DNA of 64,000 nucleotides from Nemertoderma westbladi. Its lineage: Eukaryota; Animalia; Xenacoelomorpha. Under the pieces are notes generated by a model that saw only the letters and a program-made list of their open reading frames with translations, searched no databases and was not told the DNA's origin. Positions 1 through 12,159 of this stretch are shown one piece after another; within the stretch, counting starts at the first letter, position 1, and each line of letters starts with the position of its first letter. The stretch lies in contig JAUCBJ010003385.1 in assembly GCA_032718475.1 (NCBI GenBank), forward strand, positions 1 to 64,000, given 5' to 3'. The translations under genes were made by a program, and so were the position numbers.

Positions 1-782
1 GAAGGTAGTGAGTGAGCTGTCGGGTGAAGGTAGTGAGTGAGCTCTCGGGTGAAGGTAGTGAGTGAGCTCTCGGGTGAAGGTAGTGAGTGAGCTGTCGGAT
101 GAAGGTTGTGAGTGAGCTCTCGGATGAAGGTAGTGAGTGAGCTGTCGGGTGAAGGTAGTGAGTGAGCTATCGGGTGAAGGTAGTGAGTGAGCTCTCGGGT
201 GAAGGTAGTGAGTGAGCTATCGGGTGAAGGTAGTGAGTGAGCTCTCGGGTGAAGGTAGTGAGTGAGCTGTCGGGTGAAGGTAGTGAGTGAGCTCTCGGAT
301 GAAGGTAGTGAGTGAGCTGTCGGGTGAAGGTAGTGAGTGAGCTCTCGGGTGAAGGTAGTGAGTGAGCTCTCGGGTGAAGGTAGTGAGTGAGCTCTCGGGT
401 GAAGGTAGTGAGTGAGCTGTCGGGTGAACGTAGTGAGTGAGCTCTCGGGTGAAGGTAGTGAGTGAGCTGTCGGGTGAAGGTAGTGAGTGAGCTCTCGGGT
501 GAAGGTAGTGAGTGAGCTCTCGGGTGAAGGTAGTGAGTGAGCTCTCGGGTGAAGGTAGTGAGTGAGCTCTCGGGTGAAGGTAGTGAGTGAGCTCTCGGGT
601 GAAGGTAGTGAGTGAGCTCTCGGGTGAAGGTAGTGAGTGAGCTCTCGGGTGAAGGTAGTGAGTGAGCTCTCGGGTGAAGGTAGTGAGTGAGCTCTCGGGT
701 GAAGGTAGTGAGTGAGCTCTCGGGTGAAGGTAGTGAGTGAGCTCTCGGATGAAGGTGTGAGTGAGTGAGCTCTCGGATGAAG
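1..782 (+). repeat. 25-bp tandem repeat (GAAGGTAGTGAGTGAGCTCTCGGGT), at least 31 copies, truncated by the window start
   Basis: Seen directly: period 25 with variants CTCT/CTGT/CTAT and GGGT/GGAT; ends at ...CTCTCGGATGAAG near 782. Confidence 0.97.
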
Positions 783-1525
783 CCGATGTTATAGTGAATA
801 GCGTTCCTTAACGGGATATATTGTCAATACAAATCCGTTGATTTTCAGATTAAATAGCCATAATGTTTATCAAGCGATTTATGCAATAGAAGCGAATATT
901 TAAGTATTACGATATTAATTAGATACATAGCCAATCGTACAAAATCCATCGAAGCGACACAGTAACATTACTTATTAATTTAGTATACCGGTATATTACA
1001 TCACGTAACTTCTGTAACAAATTGACACACATAAGGCGATATCGGCTTTGTTTCAATTGATGGAATTCTACGGGAGTTCAATCTGGTTGAAATACTCTGG
1101 TTTATAAATATTTAACGAGATAATCCGGCCATAGTTATCCGTCTGTCTGGGCAGCCCGGATATCAACTAAGGGATGCGACATTATTAGTGTAACGCAGGC
1201 AGAAAAAAAAAGTAAAAAAAATATTGAAGAAAAATATATAAACGATATCTACCAACATAAATAATAACCTCCGACAGTAAGTATCGAGTATTTATTAGTA
1301 AATATATAAAATATTATTGTGTTGGACCTGGGGATTTAGTGCCGAGTGTTTATTGGGATGAAAATCAATAAGTAATAATAATATATAGCAGAGCAGGGAA
1401 AAAAAATAAATTCCACGGGATATAAAATGTGCACCGATATTGGCAATGAGAAAAACGCCTAAATATTAATTGTGTCCGTTGTAGGGAGGGGAGGGGGGGG
1501 GGGAGGGGACGGGGGAGGATGGGGG

Positions 1526-3457
1526 TCAGCGTAACATGTGCTCGAAACTATCGTACGCGGGGTTGTCAAAGTAACTACCCGGCGAGGAGCCGTTAGCCAA
1601 TGGAATGTCGACCTTTGGGACCCCGTCGGTAGGGGGCGAACCTTCCGGGGTGTAGAGCGGGACCGTCGGGAGGTCTCGGCGTAGCGACTGGTTGCTCGAG
1701 TGGATGGGGGACTCTGGGGGGGAAGGAGGGGGGCTGGCTAACCGTCGGGGGGGCACGACGGGGTGCTCGCGGTCCGGGATGGGAGGGGGAGAGGAGAGGA
1801 ACCTTGGGAGGGGGACCGGGGGGTGGGCCGGGGGGTGGGGGGTCCGTCGGGGGACCGGGGGGGAAGCCGAGGGGGACGGCTCCGGGGTCCCCCTGCGAGG
1901 GGGCACCGGGGGCGGGGGGAACCCCGTCGGGGTGAACGCCGAGGGCGAGTAGACCGCGGTCCCTATGGTAACCAAGGCGTGGGTGGAGAAGCCGGAACTC
2001 TCGCTGGTTACCATGGTGCCCGTGGTGTCTGGTATGGGTAGGGGGCGTCGGGGGGCGAAGGGGGACTCCTCGCCCCCGGTGGGGGAGTCGTCCGTTACCG
2101 AGAGACTGTGCAGCTGGGAGGTGGACTCGGTCCAGGGGGTCCCGGCGTCCTCGTCGTCCGAGCGACTCCCGGTCGGCGGCGGTTGCGCCCCCCCGCGGGG
2201 CAGGAACGCATCGACGACGACTGCGTCGGTCCCCTTTATCTCGGCGCGACAGAAGGGGCATGTGTTCCCCCCGGTGGGGTCCCGTTGCCATAGCGTCAGA
2301 CACGGCGTGCACAGCAGGTGTCCGCAGGGCTCCAGCTTTATATCCTTGTTATTCTCCGCGCAGATCTTACACAACTGGAATGTGGAACCCATCTGGCAGT
2401 ACAACTCGTACTGCTCCTGGGAGACGGTTATGTGGTCCTCTGGGATTCCTTCGGCGGCCCCGCTGAGGTCCGGATTGGTGGACCGGCCGTCCGGGTACAG
2501 GTAGAAGTTGTCCGAGAATCCGTCCTGCAGCGCCTGGACCAGCGACTTGTTCTGCGGGATCGTCTGGAGGATGTTGCGGTCCGCGGTTACGTACCCAATG
2601 GCCCATTGGCCGAGTCGCGTGCAACTGAGACGGAACACGTAGCTGCCGGCCTTGCCGAGGTACTTGGAGAGTCGGGCCTTAACCTCGTCGTAGGTGAGGA
2701 AGGCGACGTAGCCGGGATGGGTGACCGCGAGAAGGTTCCAGTTGCTAAGGAGGTTGGAGAAGGGCTGGAACAGTCGGGTGAACACGTCGTACTCGAATAC
2801 CGATATGTGGTCGTTGTTGGTCAGGTCGATGGTGGACTTTAAGGCCATGGCCTCCAGTCCGCTGCCGCAGGGGTGGACCGTCTGCAAGGAGACCTTGAAG
2901 ACCTTCCAGGAGACGATGACTCGCTTACCGAACGCGTGTTTCCAGAACTCCCCGGCGTCCGTCTTGGTGACCCGGAAGTTTTCCCCAATGAAGGTCCCGT
3001 TGGGGAATATCGCTTTCAACTCGGACAACATGTGGGAGAATATCAGGGAGAGTTTAGTGAGGTTCCGACGGTACGAGGAATATTCCTCGAATATTTTCTC
3101 TCGACCTTCTCGGAACAACCGAATTGTGTCGCGACTCTTTCGCATCAGATTGTCCATGTATATCTTGAAGTATTCATTGTCATTGAGCTCGCTGAATCTG
3201 TCCTCATATTTCTCCTGAATCTTCTTGAGATGGTGGTAGGTCTCCGGAAGTACGTCCAGGAGGTACGGAGGAGAGTTCTTTAGATTGAGTCGCTGTTGTT
3301 GGCACAGTTTTACCACCTTTTCCATCAACTTCCACGTCTTCTCAATTAACTTTTTATCGACAGTTATTTTGGTAGGAGCTACGGCGTCTACGAACGCATC
3401 GTGTAGACGAGAGAATACTTTACTCATTTTACTGGTATTTGTTCCTCCAGTGGCCAT
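1526..3457 (-). CDS. CBL: E3 ubiquitin-protein ligase CBL family protein (TKB domain, linker, RING finger, proline-rich tail), single coding exon
   Basis: 643-aa ORF with Cbl hallmarks: [99 protein letters not shown], linker [45 protein letters not shown]...CPFCR, then PxxP-rich region. No UBA domain visible before the stop. Confidence 0.97.
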   Translation of the reverse strand: MATGGTNTSKMSKVFSRLHDAFVDAVAPTKITVDKKLIEKTWKLMEKVVKLCQQQRLNLKNSPPYLLDVLPETYHHLKKIQEKYEDRFSELNDNEYFKIYMDNLMRKSRDTIRLFREGREKIFEEYSSYRRNLTKLSLIFSHMLSELKAIFPNGTFIGENFRVTKTDAGEFWKHAFGKRVIVSWKVFKVSLQTVHPCGSGLEAMALKSTIDLTNNDHISVFEYDVFTRLFQPFSNLLSNWNLLAVTHPGYVAFLTYDEVKARLSKYLGKAGSYVFRLSCTRLGQWAIGYVTADRNILQTIPQNKSLVQALQDGFSDNFYLYPDGRSTNPDLSGAAEGIPEDHITVSQEQYELYCQMGSTFQLCKICAENNKDIKLEPCGHLLCTPCLTLWQRDPTGGNTCPFCRAEIKGTDAVVVDAFLPRGGAQPPPTGSRSDDEDAGTPWTESTSQLHSLSVTDDSPTGGEESPFAPRRPLPIPDTTGTMVTSESSGFSTHALVTIGTAVYSPSAFTPTGFPPPPVPPRRGTPEPSPSASPPVPRRTPHPPAHPPVPLPRFLSSPPPIPDREHPVVPPRRLASPPPSPPESPIHSSNQSLRRDLPTVPLYTPEGSPPTDGVPKVDIPLANGSSPGSYFDNPAYDSFEHMLR

Positions 3458-5101
3458 TTTCCTTTGATGTCGTTGAATATCGTTTTCTGGATTTCAGTTC
3501 ATTGATATGGATCAGTGGTTAAACAGTTATAGGTAAATATTGATGATATATAAATATGAGGTATGATATATATAAACATATTTCGAAAGTGGTAGCTTAA
3601 ACTGCTGCGCTGCTGCAACCTATCTGCTCGATACGTACGGTAATACAATCGTTTCAATTGAACCTTTTAAATCACGTACCGACTGACCGATACCGTATCG
3701 GTAAACAACAAAAGACACAAACCGACAGGTAAAATAGCAAACCGACAGTATGCCGACAAGTTTGGCAATGTTAGTAAACTATTTCAGTACATGATTACTG
3801 GATTATACCATTTTAATTTCCAGTCTAAATATTTATAGGCCTAACAAAGTATATTGTCCACTGTCGGCCTGTAAGTCATCATAATTCAGTAGGCCTAATT
3901 ATTATATTGAATTATTAAATTATTATATTGCATAACGCTGTAACGTAATGGTGAAAATCATTAACGTTTTTCATATGTCGGGTCGGTGCGTTGCTATTAT
4001 TATTAGTTTTTGTCGGTGGTAGTCAGACTGTTGTCGTGGTATACTTCTGCGGTTTCCGTTTCTGTAGGCAGTAGGCCTACTACAGAAGCAGAAGTACTAC
4101 ACAGTCAGTACGATACAATCTGACAATGCCGAAATTTATTACTTTACATATCGGTAGGCCCTATAGCTTACATACTTGGTATTTACCGGGACGTTCCTGT
4201 TTGGCGTTTGGGGGCCTCCATTTTGAATTTTTTTAATGTGATTTTACCAGTTCCCGTGGCAAACCACTTATAAAATGTTTGCATTTTTGGTTAAATTACT
4301 GCTTCCTAGAGGAAACCACTTAGAAATTTGGTCAATTTACCGGCTTCGTATAACAAAATACTTAGAACGTTAACTTATAATTTTGATTCAAAATAAGTTG
4401 CTCCCAACTGCCCAAACTCCCTCCTATTTAGTTAGTGCGCTACCGCCCCCAAACCACTTTTAAAACACACCATTCCCATTTAAAAGTGTTGTTCTTAGAA
4501 AAACAATTCCTCTATCAGTCTACTGGCTGACTGGTCAATGCCCTTGATTCTGTGATTAAGAAATCTAATTATTTTAAAGTTTGTGTATTAACATAATAGT
4601 AGTACCGGTAATACAGTACAGCAGTAATAACGATAGAAAAAACAATACAAGATCCCAGATGTGACCTGACATAGATTGCACAGTAATATTCTATATAATT
4701 ACCTAATTAACTAAAACTGCTAATTAACTATTAACAAATGCCAAATAATGAAATAATTGATTTAATTATTGATGTATTGATTAAATTAAAAATATTAATT
4801 AGTCAGTTAAGTACATTAGGCCTACGCATTAAATGCCACAATTCCTAAAAATATGCACTGTGTAATCTGGTTTGCTTAATAATAATTTTCGTAATTGACT
4901 TAAAAAAACGTATTAAAAACGATCGATTATTAAATTTTCTTATCTGCTTATGCCTATATAATAAATTACACAATGAAAAGAAGGGCTAGCTAGCTACATT
5001 TAAATTACCGTCAGACCGTAGCTACCGGTACATTTAAAATAGTGACTACATTATTCGCAATATTATATTCTGGAATGCTTTTTATATTAATTTTACGGCA
5101 T

Positions 5102-5305
5102 TATACTGGCTTCTGGTCCGCGGACCAATGTATAATGTAATCATGTGTAATTATGTACAATAAAATAATAATAACAATGAAGTAATTCAATGTTTATTGT
5201 TTTGGTTCCCCCAACAAGCCACTGTAACCTGCTCCTTTACTAACCTGCTCATTTAAATGGCTTTGCAGGAAAACGTATTTGGTCCGCGGACCAAATACCA
5301 GTATA
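5102..5305. mobile_element. Short MITE-like element with imperfect terminal inverted repeats
   Basis: Left end TATACTGG..TGGTCCGCGGACCA, right end TGGTCCGCGGACCA..CCAGTATA; each arm contains the palindrome TGGTCCGCGGACCA. Confidence 0.5.
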
Positions 5306-5630
5306 TAATTGTATTATAATTACCGGAACTATGACTACATTTCATTACTATATAGCTACATTTAATTACAGTAGCTACATTTGAACAAAAGGGAGCGGTT
5401 GGCCCTACTGCCTACATTATTTGCAATAAGATATTCTGGAATGCTTTGAAGTAAAATTAATTGTTTTGGCAATTTGAAACAGAGATAATTTAACCTCCCT
5501 CCTCCTCCGTGGGTGAGCCAGAATTTATATTTTTGCTTTCAAGTTATTCTTCAACCTTATAGTGATTTGTTGGTACTGATGGAAAGCTGGACATCTAATG
5601 GTTTTGCATCTGCATGAGGCTATTTTATTC

Positions 5631-8446
5631 GGTCCGACGAATCTGTACAAAAAAGTACAAAATAGTACAATATAGTACAAAAGAGTACAATAAAGTGCAA
5701 AAATAGTACAAAAGAGTGCAAAAATAGTACAAAAGAGTACAAACGAGTAAGAAACGCATACAAAACGTGTGTACCAGAGTAGTCTACACTACACTACACT
5801 TGTATATAAATATAATTAATTGTAAGCAAATGCAACGGGACCGAAATATGCGCCGCTACAGTCAGTCGGTGAGAAGTCAAAAATTGGACTTCAAGTCCAA
5901 TTTTAGACTTCAAGTCCAATTTTGGACTCCAAAGTCCAATATTGGACTTTAGTACAACTCCAAGTGTACCCATGCTGCCATACTGTATATCGGTATTTAA
6001 ATCAAAACTGCATCCCGTATCAGTACATATATATTACATAATTACAATGCAACATTATTTTAATGATCAAATTAATTATTATATGTATTATATAAACAGG
6101 GATCGCACACGTACAGTCAGACATTAGTAGTTACTTTTTGCGGTAGTGGTATAGCTTTGTGGTAGCCTTACTGCCTTGGCGGTGTATACCGCGGTAGCGT
6201 AGTTGAGTTATAGCTGTATAGTTCATTCATACCCATACTGCCATACCTGTGGTATTTTCGTATGGCAAAAATAAGACTACTGTAAACTGTAACCTATTAT
6301 GTTATTGAGTTAATGTTTATTGACTAATTGTTTTGATTAGGTTCACTGTGTCAAGTACCAGTACAATGCACACATCTGCACATCTCTGCATCTCCAACCA
6401 GACACTATATAACATTGGAGTTGGAGGTGTCTCATTCAGTCATTGGTTCCCCCAAGCTTGACACTAGAACAAAGCCGCCTCCGCTTTGCAGGACATCGCT
6501 TTAAGCCGTGAGGACCAGCCAGTGCACCTCATGGAGTGAATAAGCATGGTGGACAGCCCATGACTTTCTTGAGACGCATCTTTCTTACTGTCTTAAAGGA
6601 CACTGGCCTTGAAGATGCGGATGATCTAGCAAATGTCATGGCTGATAAGGCTGTAAGAGTGTAAGGGAGTTGTGGAGGCGCACTTTTGTCAACAAGCCGG
6701 CACAGCATTCTTAATACATAATAGGGCCTATACTGCTATATATATAATGCAGCTGCAATGAATCATGCCGATTGTAGTAGTAGTATGTGGTGAGGGTATA
6801 GGGCTCCTTCAATTGGTAAAGTCAAAAGTGGCCGTTTATTGTTTTAGTTAGAAAAGCCTGCCTCTGTAACCTGTTCCTTTCCCTCAATTGGTTTATGATT
6901 ATTATGACGTGTGTCCCCAACGCGTTAATCAGTTACTAATCCCATTTCATTATCCTGTTATCCAGCTGTTTTATAATACCCTTCCTGTTGTATGGAAAAA
7001 TTAGAAGAGATGGTGGTAGCATCAACTTGTAGTATTTCTTTCTGATAGGGCTCCCATAGCCTTGGACGAAATCGTAGCTTGTACTGTAGTTAGCCTTAGC
7101 AGCAGCTGCAGTTGGCTAACCTGGCATTGCTACCAGTATCCACCAAATATAATTTGTAATTAAATATTTGTTGGAGCATAATCTAATCTAGTCCTAAAGA
7201 CACTATAAAGTCCTGGGTACATAAGGCTGTAAGGTTAGACATAACATGAATGTAAATTGTAAACTAAACAATATGCTAAAAGCTAAAAGTAAAGTACAAA
7301 GTACCTGCTATAATGCTAGAATGTACCATTTTATTCTAAGTACAGTACAGTCAGTACACTGAAGATACATACAGAGCTGCAAAGGTAGCTTAACAGCATA
7401 ACTTAACAGCTGTCTGGCTGTCTCTCATCTGTCATGCTTCATGTACCTTTAAGTTCGATTCCCAATGTCACGTCCAAAATTGGACTTAAAGTCCAATATT
7501 GGGCTTTTGTAAAAATTCAAAGCCTTATAAAAAAAGTTCCCCTGGTGAATTTCAGGTCCCCCTGTTCAAAACTCTTATTTTTTGATATATTTTCGATTAA
7601 AGAAAAAAATCCCGCCCGATCCTATTACCCAAGGCCCTGGAACAATTGGCTGATTTGAAGTCCAATATTGGACTCACAGAAGTCCAATTTTAGACTTGAA
7701 CTGGAGTCGAAGTCCAATTTTGGACTCAAGTCCAATTTTTGACTTCTCACCGACTGACAGTGTCAATCACTAGCGGACTTGGTTCTGTGGTCAGTATGAA
7801 ATGATTGACAGTATTTTGATTCATGTAGAGTTTGACTGACTTAGGCCTACAAGTAGAAATAGCCTACAGTTCGTATAGGCCTAATACAATACAGCAATAT
7901 AATGCAATACTATGCAGTGGGTAAATTTAGGTCATAGTCTTAAAGTAGCCCATATGCATATACTGACTACTGATACTACTGATACAGACTGTATGCTACT
8001 GTACATTATGTAGGCTATGTATGTCTCTATGTACGCCTCTATCTGCAACTTTATTGCGTTCTCCCTCTGCAATTTTGCGGGCTTGGGACCGTTTTTTAGG
8101 TTTTTTGAACACAAAAGGCTGCATTAAAACTCATAAGATTGTATTGTAATATGGGCCTACTCTCTGACTGCTAGACACCTAGATCAGCCCCCGCTCAATG
8201 CATGGCTCGCCCCACAATCAGACAATGCTTTGTTTTATTTTGCACATCATGTGCGCCCCTCTAAACGATTTGAACTACACTCGGATACACGTTTTGCAAG
8301 TGTTTCTCACTAGTTTGTACTCTTTTGTACTATTTTTGCACTCTTTTGTACTATCTTTGCACTTTATTGTACACTTTTGTATTCTTTTGTACTATATTGT
8401 ACTATTTTGTATTTTTTTGTACTTTTTGGTACAAATTCGTCGGACC
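5631..8446. mobile_element. Middle TIR pair (~150-170 bp arms made of AAAAGTAC-like subrepeats), termini GGTCCGACGA...TCGTCGGACC
   Basis: 5631-5783 and 8275-8446 are reverse complements, with AGTACAAAA / TTTTGTACT subrepeats. Confidence 0.75.
5861..7758. mobile_element. Inner TIR element, termini GTCAGTCGGTGAGAAGTCAAAAATTGGACTT, with AAGTCCAAT subterminal repeats
   Basis: 5861-5950 is the reverse complement of 7658-7758; arms contain repeated AAGTCCAA..TTGGACT palindromic motifs; no transposase ORF seen inside. Confidence 0.75.
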
Positions 8447-9105
8447 CATTTTATTCTATTAAATAAAAATACCATATTCTAGAACATTTTATTTATTTAT
8501 GGATAGCTACGTAATAATATAATTAACTGATTAAAGAGGTATTGCATTGTTGCCCAGCTACGTATGGAATAAACAAAATGTTCTAGAATATGGTACATTA
8601 ATTAAATTTAATAAATGGCCTGCAGGCAGCAGGGGAAGCAAATACTGAAATACATGCAACATTCGAATGCCCATATCTCAGGCAGTCAGGTGTTTCCCAA
8701 CCAAATTCAAATATTTTTACATATTTGGAATCCTTGCACGGCCAGCTTTCCATTAGTACCTACCAACAAATCACTATACTGCTATAAGGTCGAACAATGA
8801 TTGATCCTTTTCAAACTGTCAAACATCAATAAAAATTCTGGCTCACTCACGGCTGCACGGGGGAGGAGGGAGGTGAAACTATCTCTGTTTCAAATTTCAT
8901 GCAATCTCATTAAGATTTGTAGAAAAATTTGGGGGGGGGGGGGGCATGTACCTGAATAACGACACTATATTCCAGGACAAGGTGTATTACAGTATTATAG
9001 TCTTATTCCATAATGTAACCAGCTGACCAGCTGACTGCACTCGACTCACAGACTGCAATCTTCCTGCTTACAGACTTAAGCCGCTGTATAGGCTACTTGT
9101 CAGCT

Positions 9106-9213
9106 TGTAGGGTACTGTGACGTCAACTACAAGTCAGCCACCCTATACTGCTACATTATTGTAACTTTATAAGGTGGCTGCTGACTTGTAGTTGACGTCA
9201 CAGTACGCCTACA
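9106..9213. repeat. Long hairpin / miniature inverted-repeat element
   Basis: GTACTGTGACGTCAACTACAAGTCAGC(CACC) pairs with (GGTG)GCTGCTGACTTGTAGTTGACGTCACAGTAC across a ~25-30 nt loop. Confidence 0.7.
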
Positions 9214-9575
9214 CTTTACTTTACTTTACTAGGCCTATAAGATTTTACGGCAGAAGAGGATGATGTGCCCTTCGCGTAGCACGTGATAAAACTGTTTTTT
9301 CTAGAAAAATATTTCATCTAAAGCGGATTTTCAGTGGTGGATAAAACACGGTCTCGGTCCTGAAACACCTCCTACAGCTGTACAGTCTGACACTGACTGA
9401 CTGACAGTACGTGTAGCGTTGCTCGATGGGGGGATGCTGGGACCAGGCAGCCAGTGGCCAGGGGACGGCAGACGGGAATGAAATTATACACGAGCCTGAA
9501 GGCTGACGCCCATCAACTCAAGTGGAATTGTGGAATTTTATACGAAGCACTAACTGCTAACAGACTAAGGGAAGG

Positions 9576-9833
9576 GGTCCGTCTAAACACCCAAATCACA
9601 CTAAATCACACCTAATCACAAACAAATCACAAACCAAATCACAAAAAATAATCCTAAAACCAAATATCACCGATTGAAAATTAAAAAAAATTGACAAGTA
9701 AAGGAGCAGGTTACAGTGCAGATGCAGTGGTAGCCAGAAGGAACCAAAACAATAAACGATTAGGTGATTTGGTGTGATTTGTTGTGATTTGGTCAATTTT
9801 ATGTGATTTGGGTGTTTAGCGTTTAGACGGACC
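9576..9833. mobile_element. MITE with GGTCCGTCTAAAC...GTTTAGACGGACC termini and AAATCAC subrepeats
   Basis: Terminal inverted repeats, with AAATCAC(A) units on the left and (T)GTGATTT units on the right. Confidence 0.75.
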
Positions 9834-10960
9834 GGCACTAGGGTTTTTTTTCTAATTATGTTAATAAAATTTATAAATTAAAATAGTGATTTCTAAATTT
9901 TTTAAACTTGTTTAGAAATATTTCTAAAACTAAAAATTGAACAGTTGAATATACTCTGATACTGTACTCGTACTGCAGGTAGGCCTACTGCTGTAGGAAA
10001 AATTTTAAATTTTTCAATACATAGTTTGAAATAGTAACACATACAATACTGCAATACAACAGAACTTAACGTTTAATATAATTTTTGTTTGTTCTCCGTT
10101 CATTCACCAAAATCGAATCCTTGAAACTCGAAATCAGATAAATGGCAGAATGGCGTAAATAATGAAGGCTGCTGACCTAGGCGCTAGGCCTATGACAGTA
10201 CCGGTATGCACTATGAGTTAAAGGCCTACGCTACCCGTACTGTCAGTCAGTCAGACTGTGTGCAGGTGTGTGTGTACGTTAATAAATACTGTAATTAGTT
10301 AAAAAAAAGTCTTTTTTAACAAACCAATTAACCAATTTTTTACTTTTTTAAACTAATTTTTGTTTATTTAATTAACTATTTAATACACAATATAATCAAA
10401 TTGATACATACTTTCATATAATTGAGTAAGTTCCTGGTACATAATGATTATATAATGTAGTCGAGGCTTGTCGGGTAGCATACTGTACAGCTAGCTCACA
10501 CAATCTACTAAATTAAATGAAGTAATTAATTAAATTAATCTTCACAATTGATACCTGCGGGCAGTTGAGGTCGTCCAAACAGAGTTAAAGCTTGTTCAGC
10601 TCGACGTTGAAGCCAGTAAAACAAAATGGATGGGTTACCCGGACAAGGGTTGCTCAGTCAAAGATCTGCCCATATTTCTTCGCCTTAATGATGAACTAAT
10701 TGTCTCTACTGTAGTTATCATTCCGGGGCTTTCCCATTACACAAACATCCAACTCGTACCTCAAAACTTGTATCCAATCGATAGCTAGAATGTCCGATGT
10801 CTTCCACAAAAATGGCTGGACTACAAAGTGGCATAAAACTGATACAGTAGGATACTTATGGCGAACTATTTCAATCCCAACCAAATCGTATTCTGCAAAA
10901 TATCTCGTTGGTTCTCTAACTGGTTCCGAATTGAATGACTTGAATATATTCTATCGCAAC

Positions 10961-11576
10961 CAAGGCGTACTATATACAAGGCCATGCAATCGAGTTAACT
11001 GGGGGCGGTGACTGGCAAGATTTTAAAGATTTTTTTTTAATATGTTCTAGAACTAATATTTTTTGTTCTAGAACATTTTTTAGAAAAAAAATCGGGATTC
11101 TATTTAAAACGCATGGAATCGTTTTAAAACGTGTTTAAAATCAATAAAACTATTTTAAAAATATTATTTTCAAAAAAGTTTTTTCGCTCCACAGTATTTT
11201 TTTTCACAATTTTTTTTTATTTATTTTCAACACGTTTTAGAACGATTCCATGCGTTTTAAATAGAATCCCGATTTTTCTCTAAAAAATGTTCTAGAATAA
11301 AAAATATTTGTTCTAAAACATTTTTTTTAATGAATAGCTAACATGTTCTGGAACATTTTCTATACAAATAGTTATAAAAACTAGCTACTACAAAATATTT
11401 ATAGAGGGAAGTAGGATGTCGGAACCAAGTGTCGAAATTACTAGCTAAACCTACCTAAAACACTTGCTACCATTGACCAATACATATCAAAATATCAAAT
11501 TGTTGTAAAAAAATCTTGCCCCCAGTCACCGCACCCAGTTAACTCGATGGCATGGCCTTGTATATAGTACGCCTTG
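10961..11576. mobile_element. hAT-type MITE with ~60-bp TIRs and an 8-bp target-site duplication
   Basis: TIR CAAGGCGTACTATATACAAGGCCATGC.ATCGAGTTAACTGGG / CCCAGTTAACTCGAT.GCATGGCCTTGTATATAGTACGCCTTG. Flanks ATCGCAAC (10953-10960) and ATCGCAAT (11577-11584) match 7/8. An 8-bp TSD is typical of hAT elements. A second internal palindrome spans ~11041-11322. Confidence 0.85.
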
Positions 11577-12159
11577 ATCGCAATACCCTACGTGGACTTT
11601 TGTTCGTGGGGCCATATGCTAGCAACACAGTGAATTATGAGTTACTCGGGTACATCTCCTTTAGTTCGGAAATGTCTAGACAAGTTGTCGGGTTGACGAT
11701 CCTATTAACAGAATTCCCTAATATTATCCTGCAATCCTTACTAAGAATTTGTTTAAAGTCTGCTACTCCGTATTAACTCACAAGTCCATAGGTTTGGGAT
11801 CAGTTTATGAGAAATGTTTCAACGAGTTGGCGATGCCTAGTCTCGCCTTAGTTCTTAATTCTCAGTAGGCCTACAGTAAAAACGTGCTCTGTAAACGTTT
11901 CGATCTCTGCGACCTCAATCCCATAGAACGCCTCAGTATTGAGGCAGAGTTACTCCCAGCCGTTACCGTCCGCGTTCACAGTGCGCCACAACCGAATCCT
12001 GCAATATTTTAACCTGTGGATATATTTAACTTTTTAACCTTTAACGTCACATCCACGCCGTGTAACAATGGTCGATTTCGAGGATTCTATTCTCATGATA
12101 TCTATTAGACTGTCTTTTGTGTTATTTTTACTGATCTCAACCGTTGTTGAATTGTTTAG

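Larger units (their letters stand above)
5471..8896. mobile_element. Outer inverted-repeat pair of a nested TIR structure
   Basis: AATTTGAAACAGAGATA..ACCTCCCTCCTC..GTGAGCCAGAATTT (5471-5526) is the approximate reverse complement of AAATTCTGGCTCAC..GGAGGAGGGAGGT..TATCTCTGTTTCAAATT (8833-8896). Confidence 0.6.

Noticed and set aside
1593-3467. Overlapping alternative-frame and antisense ORFs within CBL
   Set aside because: Shadow ORFs caused by GC-rich codon usage; no recognisable domains.
5767-10000. Short ORFs of 60-94 aa in the MITE-rich region
   Set aside because: Low-complexity translations of subterminal repeats or AT-rich DNA; no transposase motifs.
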